A DNA stretch of 64,000 nucleotides, taken from positions 148,669 to 212,668 of the forward strand of contig JBGSZX010000031.1 of NCBI GenBank assembly GCA_041750195.1, given 5' to 3'. Both the position numbers and the translations under genes were made by a program. This DNA comes from Bdellovibrionota bacterium (GTDB lineage Bacteria; Bdellovibrionota; UBA2428). Positions within the stretch are counted from its first letter, which is position 1; every line of letters starts with the position of its first letter. Under the pieces are notes generated by a model. That model was not told where the DNA came from and ran no database searches. It saw only the letters and a program-made list of their open reading frames with translations. This document shows, one piece after another, positions 55,480 to 64,000 of the stretch.

Positions 55480-56199
55480 ATGAATAAAAGACCTTGGCAA
55501 CTATATGTATTGAGTTTGTCCTTTTTGATTTTGCTGATAGTGCCATTTTTAAGAAATATATATTGGGATTCAGCCAGCACGCAGTTTTATATGCGCGCCA
55601 ATTCCATGCTGCTTTATGATATTTTGGTTTATTCTGTGTCTGGATTATTTGGTATGGCTCTGACCTTAAACGCCTCACGAGAGAGCCTAATATTTTTGCC
55701 TATGTTTTGGGCTTTGGCGACATGGGAGATACTTCAAAATTTTCAGGCTCAGAAGCTTCCGGTAGTTTTTTCAATTGCTCTGGTCGCAGCAGGGGCATTT
55801 CTTATTCTTCAGCTTTTATGGCTCACGGGGAGCGCTAGGCGGGCTGTGCTGAACCCCGGCTATTGCTGGTGGAAGCAGCCTCTTAGAAAAATAGTCAATG
55901 CGCCAGCTCAGGTTAGAACACAATATGGCAAAAGTTTCGTGTCTAAAGTATTAAATCTGTCAAAAAATGGCGCTCTCGTAGACGTTAAATGTTCGGGAAG
56001 AAGAGCTGGGAATTTTAGACTAGGGCAACTTATTGATCTTCGTTTTTTGGTGGGACCCCTTAAGGTTGTCAAGTGCAGGGCAGAGGTCGTCAGGCAGGAA
56101 TCGATAGAATCAGGAGAACGCTATGGCGTTCGAATTGTTGATATGGCACCTGATTCTAAGAAGAAACTTTGGGGCTTCTTAAACCATGGTTGTTCATAA
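55480..56199 (+). CDS. membrane-anchored PilZ-domain-like protein
   Basis: Four N-terminal TM helices. The C-terminal ~110 aa has an Arg-rich stretch then NLSKNGALV (D/NxSxxG-like) and a closing GVRIVDM…LWGFL, reminiscent of the c-di-GMP-binding PilZ fold. Confidence 0.35.
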   Translation: MNKRPWQLYVLSLSFLILLIVPFLRNIYWDSASTQFYMRANSMLLYDILVYSVSGLFGMALTLNASRESLIFLPMFWALATWEILQNFQAQKLPVVFSIALVAAGAFLILQLLWLTGSARRAVLNPGYCWWKQPLRKIVNAPAQVRTQYGKSFVSKVLNLSKNGALVDVKCSGRRAGNFRLGQLIDLRFLVGPLKVVKCRAEVVRQESIESGERYGVRIVDMAPDSKKKLWGFLNHGCS

Positions 56200-56227
56200 T
56201 TTTGTGATAATTAGTTTAGACTATTAT

Positions 56228-56731
56228 TTATCTAACTGAGCTTAGCGGAGCCTTAATGACCAATTCAAATTCGTCTTCGACTCCGACTCCTAGGTAGCTG
56301 GCTTCTGGAAGTTTAAAATCAGACATCTTTAATTTAAAACTACCCACTAAATTTTTTCCTTCAGTTTTGTAGACTCCATGAATCTTTTTTTTCATGTTTT
56401 TTACCTTTAGGATGCCTGTAAACTTTCCTTTGGTGGCAATGGCTTTAAGGAGGATTACGTTTGGAAATTTATTAGCTTCGAGTCTTTTATAAATGTGTTG
56501 ATCTCTAAGCTCAATTCCACTCTTAAGGGAGGTGATAGGCACATTTATGTTTTCGGCCATGTAGCCGCCTTTGTATTTTTTAACAGATCCCAATATGGTG
56601 TTGGATTTTACGCTAAAATCACCCGCAGGATTTAACTCGAAATTAAGCTTTAACTCCTGAGTGTTTCCATTGTAGGCAAATAGGCAAATTGTGGCAAAAA
56701 CTGTGGATTTTAATGTAAATTTTAAATGCAT
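56228..56731 (-). CDS. YceI-like protein (second paralog)
   Basis: Signal peptide, then ...NVPITSLKSGIELRDQHIYKRLEANKFPNVIL... and ~165-aa length, typical of the YceI family. Confidence 0.55.
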   Translation of the reverse strand: MHLKFTLKSTVFATICLFAYNGNTQELKLNFELNPAGDFSVKSNTILGSVKKYKGGYMAENINVPITSLKSGIELRDQHIYKRLEANKFPNVILLKAIATKGKFTGILKVKNMKKKIHGVYKTEGKNLVGSFKLKMSDFKLPEASYLGVGVEDEFELVIKAPLSSVR

Positions 56732-56940
56732 CGCTTAGTGATAATTATAGTAGATATCTAGAAGATCTTCATAGTTAAGTTTCTGTATTTTATTCAGAAA
56801 ATTATGAGGTTATGCGCTGAAGCTTAGTGACTTTGAATGTCTAAAGATTGGACAGGTGATAGCCAATGCTTTGCCATTTTTGAGCTGAGTGCAAAAATGG
56901 CCCTATAAGTAATTGAAATAAGGTAAATTTTATTGGTCTT

Positions 56941-57933
56941 TTGTTTGCTCTTATAGATATGGGAAATATGCCTCAGATGCCACGTGGACCAAAAAGAGTT
57001 TTTTTGAATCTATTACTTTTGGCAACGCTGGGAGCTAGTCATTGGACTTTTGGAGCAAGCCCTTGCGCTCGAGACTTAATGGCCTTGAATGCGCCATCAC
57101 CCGTTGAACTAAGAGTCGGAATTGCAGATGTTCACACCTACAAAGTTGGCCGCCAAAGATTTCCCCATTTGGTGAGTGTGTATACTCCAGCTTCTTTGGA
57201 TCCAAGCACGAAGATTTGGGATTTTCAGATTTTAAATTTTAGCGCTCGATTACCAAAACAATTTGTCATGAGTGATGGCGGAGTTTTTGGCGCATTTTAC
57301 TATTTCGACCTAAGACCAGGATCGGCACTTAGGCTACGTGGAAGAAAATATTTAAAGGCCCTGCGGACTGAGTTTTCTCGGGGAAATAGTGGCGATAACT
57401 TTGAAGAATTTGTTATTCAGTCATTGCGCCAAGAACATTTATTCCAAGAAAAACTTTTTTTCAAAGATTCCTTAGCTTCTGAAATGCGAAGCAATGCTAG
57501 GGTCGGAGCCGATGCCGAAAAGATTTTAAAAGATTTTCTAAATAGACCCTTTACCGGACCCAATCCGATTATAAGCAAAAACAGTCGCGCGTCGCTGTCT
57601 TTTTTGGCGGTTTTTGACCCAGTAAGAGAACTCAAATGTTTTGAGAAGTCCTGGATTGCAAGTCTTATTCTGGAGGAAGCAAAAATTCCTCATCGATTAC
57701 GGTTTGGCCAATCGTCGTTATTCGATCCAAGCTCTCCCTTAGCTAATATAGGCCATGTTATTGTGGAATTGGGTGATGGCCGGTTGCTCGATGTGGAATG
57801 GAATACGGTGACAAGTGGAACCATACATCCGCGATATAGAGACTGGCGTCTTATTGATGCTCCAGATCCAGATAGCCCCTCGCTTTGGTGGTCGCCCTAT
57901 CAACATTACCCCGGCCTTATTATTGAGCCTTAG
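56941..57933 (+). CDS. secreted transglutaminase-like (Cys-His-Asp) domain protein
   Basis: Signal peptide. C-terminal core LKCFEKSWIASLILEEAKIPHRLRFG......GHVIVELGDGRLLDVEWN fits the transglutaminase-like superfamily pattern (Cys…His…Asp). Confidence 0.45.
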   Translation: MFALIDMGNMPQMPRGPKRVFLNLLLLATLGASHWTFGASPCARDLMALNAPSPVELRVGIADVHTYKVGRQRFPHLVSVYTPASLDPSTKIWDFQILNFSARLPKQFVMSDGGVFGAFYYFDLRPGSALRLRGRKYLKALRTEFSRGNSGDNFEEFVIQSLRQEHLFQEKLFFKDSLASEMRSNARVGADAEKILKDFLNRPFTGPNPIISKNSRASLSFLAVFDPVRELKCFEKSWIASLILEEAKIPHRLRFGQSSLFDPSSPLANIGHVIVELGDGRLLDVEWNTVTSGTIHPRYRDWRLIDAPDPDSPSLWWSPYQHYPGLIIEP

Positions 57934-57980
57934 CTCGCTAGGATCTTGCCTTGAGGACGGTCTCATCTTAAAACAACAAT

Positions 57981-60437
57981 GTGCTTAAGCTTCCTATTGA
58001 TTCTTATTTAGACGAGATTGCTCGCGTTCTATTTGAGTCCGGCCGACTTGTTTTGACGGCTGAGGCGGGCGCGGGAAAAAGTACGCGAGTTCCATGGCAT
58101 CTTGCAAAAAAGTTAAACCAAAAAACTTTGGTTCTCCAGCCTCGTAGGATCGCGGCGCAGCTATTGGCGGAGCGAGTGGCGAGTGAAAACACTTTATCAC
58201 TTGGTAAAGAAGTGGGCTATCACATTAGGTACGATCGGCGTTTTAATGATCAGAGCAAACTAGTATTTATCACCGAGGCCCTTTTAAAAAAGTATGTTCA
58301 AGGTGACCCGTTTTTGGAGAATACGGATCTTGTTATTTTAGATGAGTTTCATGAGAGATCGATTCATTCAGATATTGCTCTTATGATGTTAAAAAGAATT
58401 CAAAAAGAAATTAGGCCAGAGCTTAAAATTCTTGTGATGTCGGCAAGTATGGATTCTCATAAAGTTTCGAGGTATCTGTTTGATGCGCCAGTTATCGAGG
58501 TTGAGGGGCGAACTTTTCCGGTTGAATGTCACTATAGCAAATATAAGTTAGAGGATTCCCGTGATATTTATGAGTTAGGCAATCGGCTTTTGCCTGTGCT
58601 AGAGGAGGCATTGGCTGTTTGTTCTAAGGAGGATATCTTAATATTTCTTCCTGGTTCAAGAGAAATACAACACTGTCAAAATCTTTTTAGCTCACAGTTT
58701 AGTAAGCTTCATTTTTATCCGCTCTACGCCTCACTTGGGGCCGATGGGATTCGACAGGCACTGAGTCCAAGTGCTCATCAAAAAATCATACTCTCTACAA
58801 ATATTGCAGAAACGTCGCTGACTCTTTCAAATTTAGGTGTGGTCATTGATTCGGGACTGGTTAAAGAAGCCTCGGTTTCTTTGCCGCATTTGATTCCTCA
58901 GCTGCGCACCGTGCGAATCAGTCAAGCGTCGGCCAAACAAAGGATGGGACGCGCAGGACGTATTCAAAAAGGAAATTGTTTTAGATTATGGGCATCGCAC
59001 GACCATAATTTTTTGCGAGAATACGACATTCCAGAAATCATGCGTAGCGATCTTTCGGAAGAATTTCCGTATTTATATGATATGGGATTTTCGGGTGATC
59101 CGCTTAAGTTTCCATGGTTCGAGGCGCCTCCTGCTGCACTTGTAGAAGCTTCGATGCAAAGACTAGAGGGCTTGGGGCTAGTCGATAAAACGTTTTGTCT
59201 TTCTCCAGTTGCACGTGGAGCGCTTGCATCGCCTCTTGGAATGAGAGCGGCTTGTTTCTTAGAAACTTTGCTTAAGTTGAATCAGTCGATAGACCGTCGA
59301 ACATTACTGTGGGCAACAGCTCTTGAGGAAATGCCGCTTAGCTTTAGAACAGGCGATTTTGAATCGAGTATTGAAAAAAATCTCAAACGCCTTGTGGAAT
59401 CAAAAATTTACAAGCGCATTCATGATTTTTACAAAGAAAAAGTAGAATTTTCCAAGGAAGTCTCAAGGATTCATCTTGAAGAAGGCATATGCCGGGCCTT
59501 TGCGGATAGAATATGCCGATTCCGAAATTCGAAAGTTGACCAGAAAGCTAATCGTAATGAAAGGCTTATCATGAACGGAGGAAGAGGGGTCAGGTTAAAT
59601 TTTGGAATTAGCAAAATGCACTTGCCGGAATATTTAGTATCACTTGAGTTAAGAGATGCTGAAACACAAAGCAAAGATTCCTTTGTCAGCTGGTTTTTTC
59701 CCTTAAGCAAAGAGTCCTTGAATAAAATATTTTCAGACGAAATCGAAATCAAAAAGTGGAGCGAGGAGACGCCTAAGGGACTACGATTTTGGGAGGCCAA
59801 GCATCTGCAAAATTTGCCTTTGGAAGAGGCTAGGGTGTCTAGCGGCAATCAAGATGATCTCAGAGATCACTTGATTCAAAAAGCAGTTGCCGATTGGGAT
59901 GCATTTGTAAGTCTTGATTTATCATTGGAGCAACTTTGGAGACGCCTTCGACTTTATTCTGAAGAAATGAAAATTGCTAGGATGCCTCCCTCGGTTCAAT
60001 TTTTAAATGATGGATTGTTGAGTTCTATGGACTCTGGATTAAAAGGCCCCTTTAAAGATCTAATAGCATTGGCTTCGTCCGAAGTTCTAAAATCGATTCT
60101 AGTCTTAGATCTGACTTATCAAGATCAGCAAAACTTTAAAAAATTATTTCCGAAAGAAATTGTTTTGCCCGGGGGACGCGTTAGGCCACTTGACTATTCG
60201 AGTGATGGAAAAGTTACCTTGTCTCTTCGCTTACAGGATGCATTTGAGTGGAAGGCACATCCTTGCATCAATAACGGTAAAGTTCCCCTACGTTTGGAGT
60301 TGCTTTCGCCGGCAGGACGTCCCATACAAATTACAGAAGATATCATTGGTTTTTGGAAAGGGTCGTATTTTCAGGTTCGCAAGGAAATGCGTGCTCGCTA
60401 TCCTAAGCACAAGTGGCCTGAAGATCCTTTGGCTTGA
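57981..60437 (+). CDS. hrpB: ATP-dependent RNA helicase HrpB (DEAH-box)
   Basis: Walker A LVLTAEAGAGKSTRVP and DEAH box ILDEFHERS. 818 aa with the HrpB-specific C-terminal domain. Confidence 0.9.
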   Translation: MLKLPIDSYLDEIARVLFESGRLVLTAEAGAGKSTRVPWHLAKKLNQKTLVLQPRRIAAQLLAERVASENTLSLGKEVGYHIRYDRRFNDQSKLVFITEALLKKYVQGDPFLENTDLVILDEFHERSIHSDIALMMLKRIQKEIRPELKILVMSASMDSHKVSRYLFDAPVIEVEGRTFPVECHYSKYKLEDSRDIYELGNRLLPVLEEALAVCSKEDILIFLPGSREIQHCQNLFSSQFSKLHFYPLYASLGADGIRQALSPSAHQKIILSTNIAETSLTLSNLGVVIDSGLVKEASVSLPHLIPQLRTVRISQASAKQRMGRAGRIQKGNCFRLWASHDHNFLREYDIPEIMRSDLSEEFPYLYDMGFSGDPLKFPWFEAPPAALVEASMQRLEGLGLVDKTFCLSPVARGALASPLGMRAACFLETLLKLNQSIDRRTLLWATALEEMPLSFRTGDFESSIEKNLKRLVESKIYKRIHDFYKEKVEFSKEVSRIHLEEGICRAFADRICRFRNSKVDQKANRNERLIMNGGRGVRLNFGISKMHLPEYLVSLELRDAETQSKDSFVSWFFPLSKESLNKIFSDEIEIKKWSEETPKGLRFWEAKHLQNLPLEEARVSSGNQDDLRDHLIQKAVADWDAFVSLDLSLEQLWRRLRLYSEEMKIARMPPSVQFLNDGLLSSMDSGLKGPFKDLIALASSEVLKSILVLDLTYQDQQNFKKLFPKEIVLPGGRVRPLDYSSDGKVTLSLRLQDAFEWKAHPCINNGKVPLRLELLSPAGRPIQITEDIIGFWKGSYFQVRKEMRARYPKHKWPEDPLA

Positions 60438-60438
60438 T

Positions 60439-61908
60439 TTACTGTGCCACACAAGTGCCCGAAGTGTTACATGTGATTGAACCATAGACCGTACCAAGGT
60501 CTGAACTATCTACGTTAAATATAGCATTCCCGTCTACTATTCCTTCGTTGGTACTGTTTCCATTGAAAGTTGCATCGCCATAAATTTCTGATCCATTTGC
60601 AGTGTTCGAGCTGAAGTCGTTAAAGATTGCGCTACCGGCCCATCCTGAATCATTTTGGCTGGAGTCGTAGAAAGTTGCCTGACCATCAACTTGCGCGTTG
60701 TTGACGCTTGTTCCGTGAAAAATCCCTACACCAACAGAACTATTTGGATTACTGCTGCTACCATAAAATTCTCCAGTCCCGATTACGTAGCCGTAGGGAT
60801 TGCTTGTGCTGTCATAGAAAGTCGCGTCGCCATTGATTTGCCCAGAGTTATAGCTGTCGTTATGAAAAAAGGCAGAACCCCAGACCACGGCGTATGTTGT
60901 CCAATTGGCTCCTCCATTGTAACTTGAATCATAAAATGTAGCATTCCCTTCGACGACCGAAGGGGGGCCCGCCGAAGCGGCTCCGTCATCGTTAAAGCTA
61001 AAATTATAAAAGGTCGCATTGCCTTTGACAGTGGCTCCTTCATTATTACTGGAGTAGTTATAAAAATTAGCATTACCTTCGACTGTTGCAAGGTTTCTAC
61101 TGTCTCCGTCAAATCTTGCATCACCACTTACTATGGCGAGGTTTTCTGAAGTTCCGCAAGTATCAGTATTGAAAATTGTAGTCGCGGTAGCATCACTTGC
61201 TCCATACCACTTGCCACAGGTCACAGTGAGGACCCCGTTAGCTGCTATTGAAATGTTTTGAGTTTCGTTTGCGCCATTTGTAGGCAATTCTCCGATTAAA
61301 GTTAATAGCGAAATCGTAGCTGGTTGGTCGGTGAAGGTGCCCGTTGAAATAACAACACTATCTTCGGCGAGTGGAATTCTATTAGCTGGAGTTGTCGAAC
61401 AATCATCGCTTAGGTACCAATTCACGGTGGAAGCCCAGAGCGAATCGCCTTTATCGCAAAAATATAGCACAGTTTGGTTCACGGCAATTGCGACCGTGGC
61501 TTCGCCTGAATCAACGGTGCCATCATTTACTTTGAAAGTGAATGAATCACTCCCAATATAACCTGGATTCGGAGTATAGGTGATGTTGGGGACAGTCCCG
61601 ATAATTGTCCCATTGGGAGGTTGAGAGATAATCACATATGTTAAGGGATCGCTGTCAGCATCGGTAGCAGTAAGAGAAATTGGAAGCGCTATGTTTTTAA
61701 AGGCAGATAATGCTTGTGAACTGGCATCGGGAGCGTGATTTATATTGCCGCTATCGCCAGAGCCGTCATCACCTGTGACAGGTGTCGTTCCTTGCTCTTC
61801 ACCAGTGATAAAATTACAGGCTGAAAGGCTAAATATTAAAATCAAAGATGCTAGAAATAGAGATGACTTGTTTGATAACAAAGCTATTTTGTTCAAAATT
61901 TTTTTCAT
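60439..61908 (-). CDS. lipoprotein with Ig/cadherin-like domain and C-terminal Pmp-like (FxxN / GNATFY) beta-helix repeats
   Basis: Start at ATG 61908, AGGAG 6 nt upstream. Lipobox (IFSLSAC). Ig-like domain (TATDADSDPLTYVIISQPPNGTI…SFTFKVNDGT). Then at least 8 degenerate ~20-aa repeats (GNATFYNFSFN, GDATFYDSTSN, GQATFYDSSQN, GNAIFNVDSS…). Confidence 0.5.
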   Translation of the reverse strand: MKKILNKIALLSNKSSLFLASLILIFSLSACNFITGEEQGTTPVTGDDGSGDSGNINHAPDASSQALSAFKNIALPISLTATDADSDPLTYVIISQPPNGTIIGTVPNITYTPNPGYIGSDSFTFKVNDGTVDSGEATVAIAVNQTVLYFCDKGDSLWASTVNWYLSDDCSTTPANRIPLAEDSVVISTGTFTDQPATISLLTLIGELPTNGANETQNISIAANGVLTVTCGKWYGASDATATTIFNTDTCGTSENLAIVSGDARFDGDSRNLATVEGNANFYNYSSNNEGATVKGNATFYNFSFNDDGAASAGPPSVVEGNATFYDSSYNGGANWTTYAVVWGSAFFHNDSYNSGQINGDATFYDSTSNPYGYVIGTGEFYGSSSNPNSSVGVGIFHGTSVNNAQVDGQATFYDSSQNDSGWAGSAIFNDFSSNTANGSEIYGDATFNGNSTNEGIVDGNAIFNVDSSDLGTVYGSITCNTSGTCVAQ

Positions 61909-62190
61909 ATAAGGCTCCTGCAGTTCGAATACGTACAACATTTCACTTTTGGTAGATTTAAGCTTATTCTTAGTTCTATGATAACAAGAGCCTACGTTAA
62001 AAATGGTAAAGATTGTGTGAGGCGCTTTGGTGTCTTTAGGGTTTGATAGATAAGATAATGGTTAAAGCCCTTTAGAGACACTATTAATTTTGTGTGAAGC
62101 TACTAAAAGTCTCAAAAAATATTGAAATTCTGAGCTTGGACGATTGTGGAAGCTCAAATCATTGAAGATGCCGCTTCCGGCCAGACCTAA

Positions 62191-63693
62191 TTAGTGATCT
62201 TTAATCTTAAATCTTGTTTTGGGACCAAGACCACTTTTTTCTAATAGTCCGGCACCTAATCCCTCGTTGAGATTTCTTGTGGCGGTTCTTTGGGCGATTG
62301 CGAGCTCGCGGGAGGCCTCAGAGCTTGCGAACCAATTGTTTCCGAAAGCCTTGTGGAGTTCCTTTTGGAATAATTGAAGGTGGAGGGGAATGCTTTTTTG
62401 CGTGGATACGACGACTGCAATAGGCGATAGCGATCGCAAGGTATAAATTTCTTTTTTACTTTCTGCAATCAAGGGAACTCCCGCTTCGAGAAACCACTGG
62501 TTAAGTCGATAGGTAATCTGGGTGACTCTCTTGGGGGAGCTGACAAGATTAAAGTAATGCTCATTAAAAAGTTCATCGTGAATTTGAAAAACACCAAGTG
62601 GGCGATAAAAATCTTTTACCAAAAGTCCCAAAAGCTTATGTATCAGACTATCGGGATTTATACGAAGATCAGAAAAAGAGTGAGTACCGTCAAACATCGA
62701 AAGATGGCCCATTTGGACTAAATTTTCTTGTGAATTAGGGTTGGGTAAATATTCAAAATTCTTTGGTATGATGAGTTCTTCTTTGTAAAGATTTTTGTAG
62801 TTTACTTTAATTTTATTTTTGTAACTGCTTTGAGGTGTTCCAAAATAAACATAATGCAAAAGTGTAAAATCTTTGGTGTAAAGAGCAACATGATAATCAA
62901 TATCTCTAATGGCTTCAAAATTGCCAAGTTCAGTGGCGCTCAGCTTTAGTTTTTCGAATGAGGCTAAGACTTCCTTACTTGATCCCTTCTCGTGGAGTTC
63001 TAAAACCAAATTAGACTTTTGAGCCAAAAGCTGGTCATTCGAACTGATCGAAGCAGTTTTTGAAATAATTCTGCTTAGAATTTTTCGTGACTGGGAGTAT
63101 TGACCTTGTGCTAAAAATATTTGAGATTCCAAATAAAGAATATTTCTATTTAGTCTCGAAAATTCCGGTTTATCGGTTTTTTCTAACAATTCGAGAACCA
63201 AAGACATGCCTTCTTCAAACTTTTCAAGAAAAATATAACATGAGAGCAAATTAACTTTGGCTGTTAAGCGCGAATACTCATCTACCTTTAAATGTGAGAT
63301 GTACGTTTCCAGCTGAGTGGCGGCCTTGTTGTAGTCCCATCTTGTAATGTGGGCGAATGATAAATAAAGATGTTTGTTGGGGGTATCCGTCCCATCTACC
63401 GATTCTAAGAGTCGTATTCCTTCGTTTATGGTCCCTAGTTTAATAAGAGCCATAGCGTATTCTACTTTGTCTTCTGCGCTTGCACTTGAAACCTTTTTCC
63501 CAGATGGACGGATTGTTTTTCGCAAGCTGTTAATCGCTAATTCTGTTTGTCCCGTTCTCCTGTATAGATTCGCGAGTTTAGCTAGATAGGGCTTTTGTAC
63601 TTTTTTCGAGTTTATCTTAAGTAATTCCAAGCGGGCGCTGGCCAAATCGCCTGCCCTAATCAATCTATCAACATTTGCCAACGTCTCTTCCAC
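62191..63693 (-). CDS. TPR-repeat protein with C-terminal domain of unknown function
   Basis: The N-terminal ~300 aa show TPR-like helical repeats. C-terminal 180 aa are unassigned. 500 aa. Confidence 0.45.
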   Translation of the reverse strand: MEETLANVDRLIRAGDLASARLELLKINSKKVQKPYLAKLANLYRRTGQTELAINSLRKTIRPSGKKVSSASAEDKVEYAMALIKLGTINEGIRLLESVDGTDTPNKHLYLSFAHITRWDYNKAATQLETYISHLKVDEYSRLTAKVNLLSCYIFLEKFEEGMSLVLELLEKTDKPEFSRLNRNILYLESQIFLAQGQYSQSRKILSRIISKTASISSNDQLLAQKSNLVLELHEKGSSKEVLASFEKLKLSATELGNFEAIRDIDYHVALYTKDFTLLHYVYFGTPQSSYKNKIKVNYKNLYKEELIIPKNFEYLPNPNSQENLVQMGHLSMFDGTHSFSDLRINPDSLIHKLLGLLVKDFYRPLGVFQIHDELFNEHYFNLVSSPKRVTQITYRLNQWFLEAGVPLIAESKKEIYTLRSLSPIAVVVSTQKSIPLHLQLFQKELHKAFGNNWFASSEASRELAIAQRTATRNLNEGLGAGLLEKSGLGPKTRFKIKDH

Positions 63694-63719
63694 GACAAAT
63701 AATATTACACCAGGGTATT

Positions 63720-63974
63720 CTATTTAAGAGAAGGGTAATCCAAAGAAATTTCATTCCAAATTGTGGAAAAGACTCCAGGGCTCAGCGGAGTGGTGCTGGC
63801 CTGCTGGAGATCAGACGCTATTGCTGTGCTAGTACAACCGCCTGTGCTTGGTTCCCAACCTACACATTTGGTGGTCCCACCGCTAAGCCATTTAGAATTT
63901 ACAATAGAAAGCGTTGAGGTTGATTGGACGCCCACCAGTCCGCCAATATCCGTTCCAGAATTTAAGCTAACCAT
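63720..63974 (-). CDS. hypothetical Ser/Thr/Gly-rich ORF, possibly 3' part of a gene continuing beyond the window end
   Basis: 84-aa ORF. The reading frame stays open upstream to position 64000, with no convincing ribosome-binding site at the ATG at 63974. Confidence 0.25.
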   Translation of the reverse strand: MVSLNSGTDIGGLVGVQSTSTLSIVNSKWLSGGTTKCVGWEPSTGGCTSTAIASDLQQASTTPLSPGVFSTIWNEISLDYPSLK

Positions 63975-64000
63975 GGAAGCACTAAAGGAGTTTCTAATGT

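Noticed and set aside
1-64000. Search for tRNA, rRNA, CRISPR arrays, transposases, integrases and phage genes
   Set aside because: No cloverleaf-like GC-rich 75-90-nt segments with a T-loop consensus were found. There are no long direct-repeat/spacer arrays, no DDE or tyrosine-recombinase-like ORFs, and no phage structural genes.

Overview
This is an AT-rich chromosomal segment with dense coding on both strands. It has no rRNA, tRNA, CRISPR array, transposase or integrase that I can recognise, and no prophage signature. About 60 genes are callable. Recognisable housekeeping genes include rpmE, pdxS/pdxT, ggt, a NupC-type transporter, pyrD, mnmA, coaBC, a DapF-family protein, cdd, a TadA/GuaD-type deaminase, hrpB, an NAD(P)-dependent Glu/Leu/Phe/Val dehydrogenase, glycerophosphodiester phosphodiesterase, an M20D amidohydrolase and an OmpR-type two-component pair. 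A large share of the rest are Sec-signal or lipobox-bearing secreted and envelope proteins: an L,D-transpeptidase, a CHAP hydrolase, a short PBP transpeptidase, an S8 subtilase, a GH14 beta-amylase, a vWA lipoprotein, a transglutaminase-like protein, a CsgG-like lipoprotein, outer-membrane beta-barrels, large disordered secreted proteins and a Pmp-like repeat lipoprotein. That mix is what one sees in predatory or Bdellovibrio-like lineages, but the taxon call is only an impression from gene content. The most interesting locus is a compact four-gene operon at 44524..46958. It encodes a 105-aa Sec-signal, six-cysteine precursor peptide (DUF2282 / BUF_6Cys-like) with an unusual Lys/Ala-rich tail, a DUF692 enzyme (MNIO, multinuclear non-heme iron oxidase), a DUF2063 partner protein and a MarR regulator. 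This is a bufferin-like cluster for a cysteine-derived ribosomally synthesised, post-translationally modified peptide (RiPP) that is probably uncharacterised in this lineage. Other points worth a second look: a 21-bp perfect GC-rich inverted repeat bracketing a ~116-bp spacer (33812..33969); a DapF-family protein with Ser at the first catalytic Cys position; a PBP-domain gene translationally coupled to a histidine kinase/response-regulator pair; a GH14 beta-amylase; a secreted PD-(D/E)xK-motif protein; a tandem 12-bp direct repeat just upstream of a surface-protein gene; and a Glu/Leu/Phe/Val dehydrogenase with an N-terminal hydrophobic extension. Several start codons were moved away from the longest-ORF start using signal-peptide and ribosome-binding-site logic, and each move is noted in the evidence.
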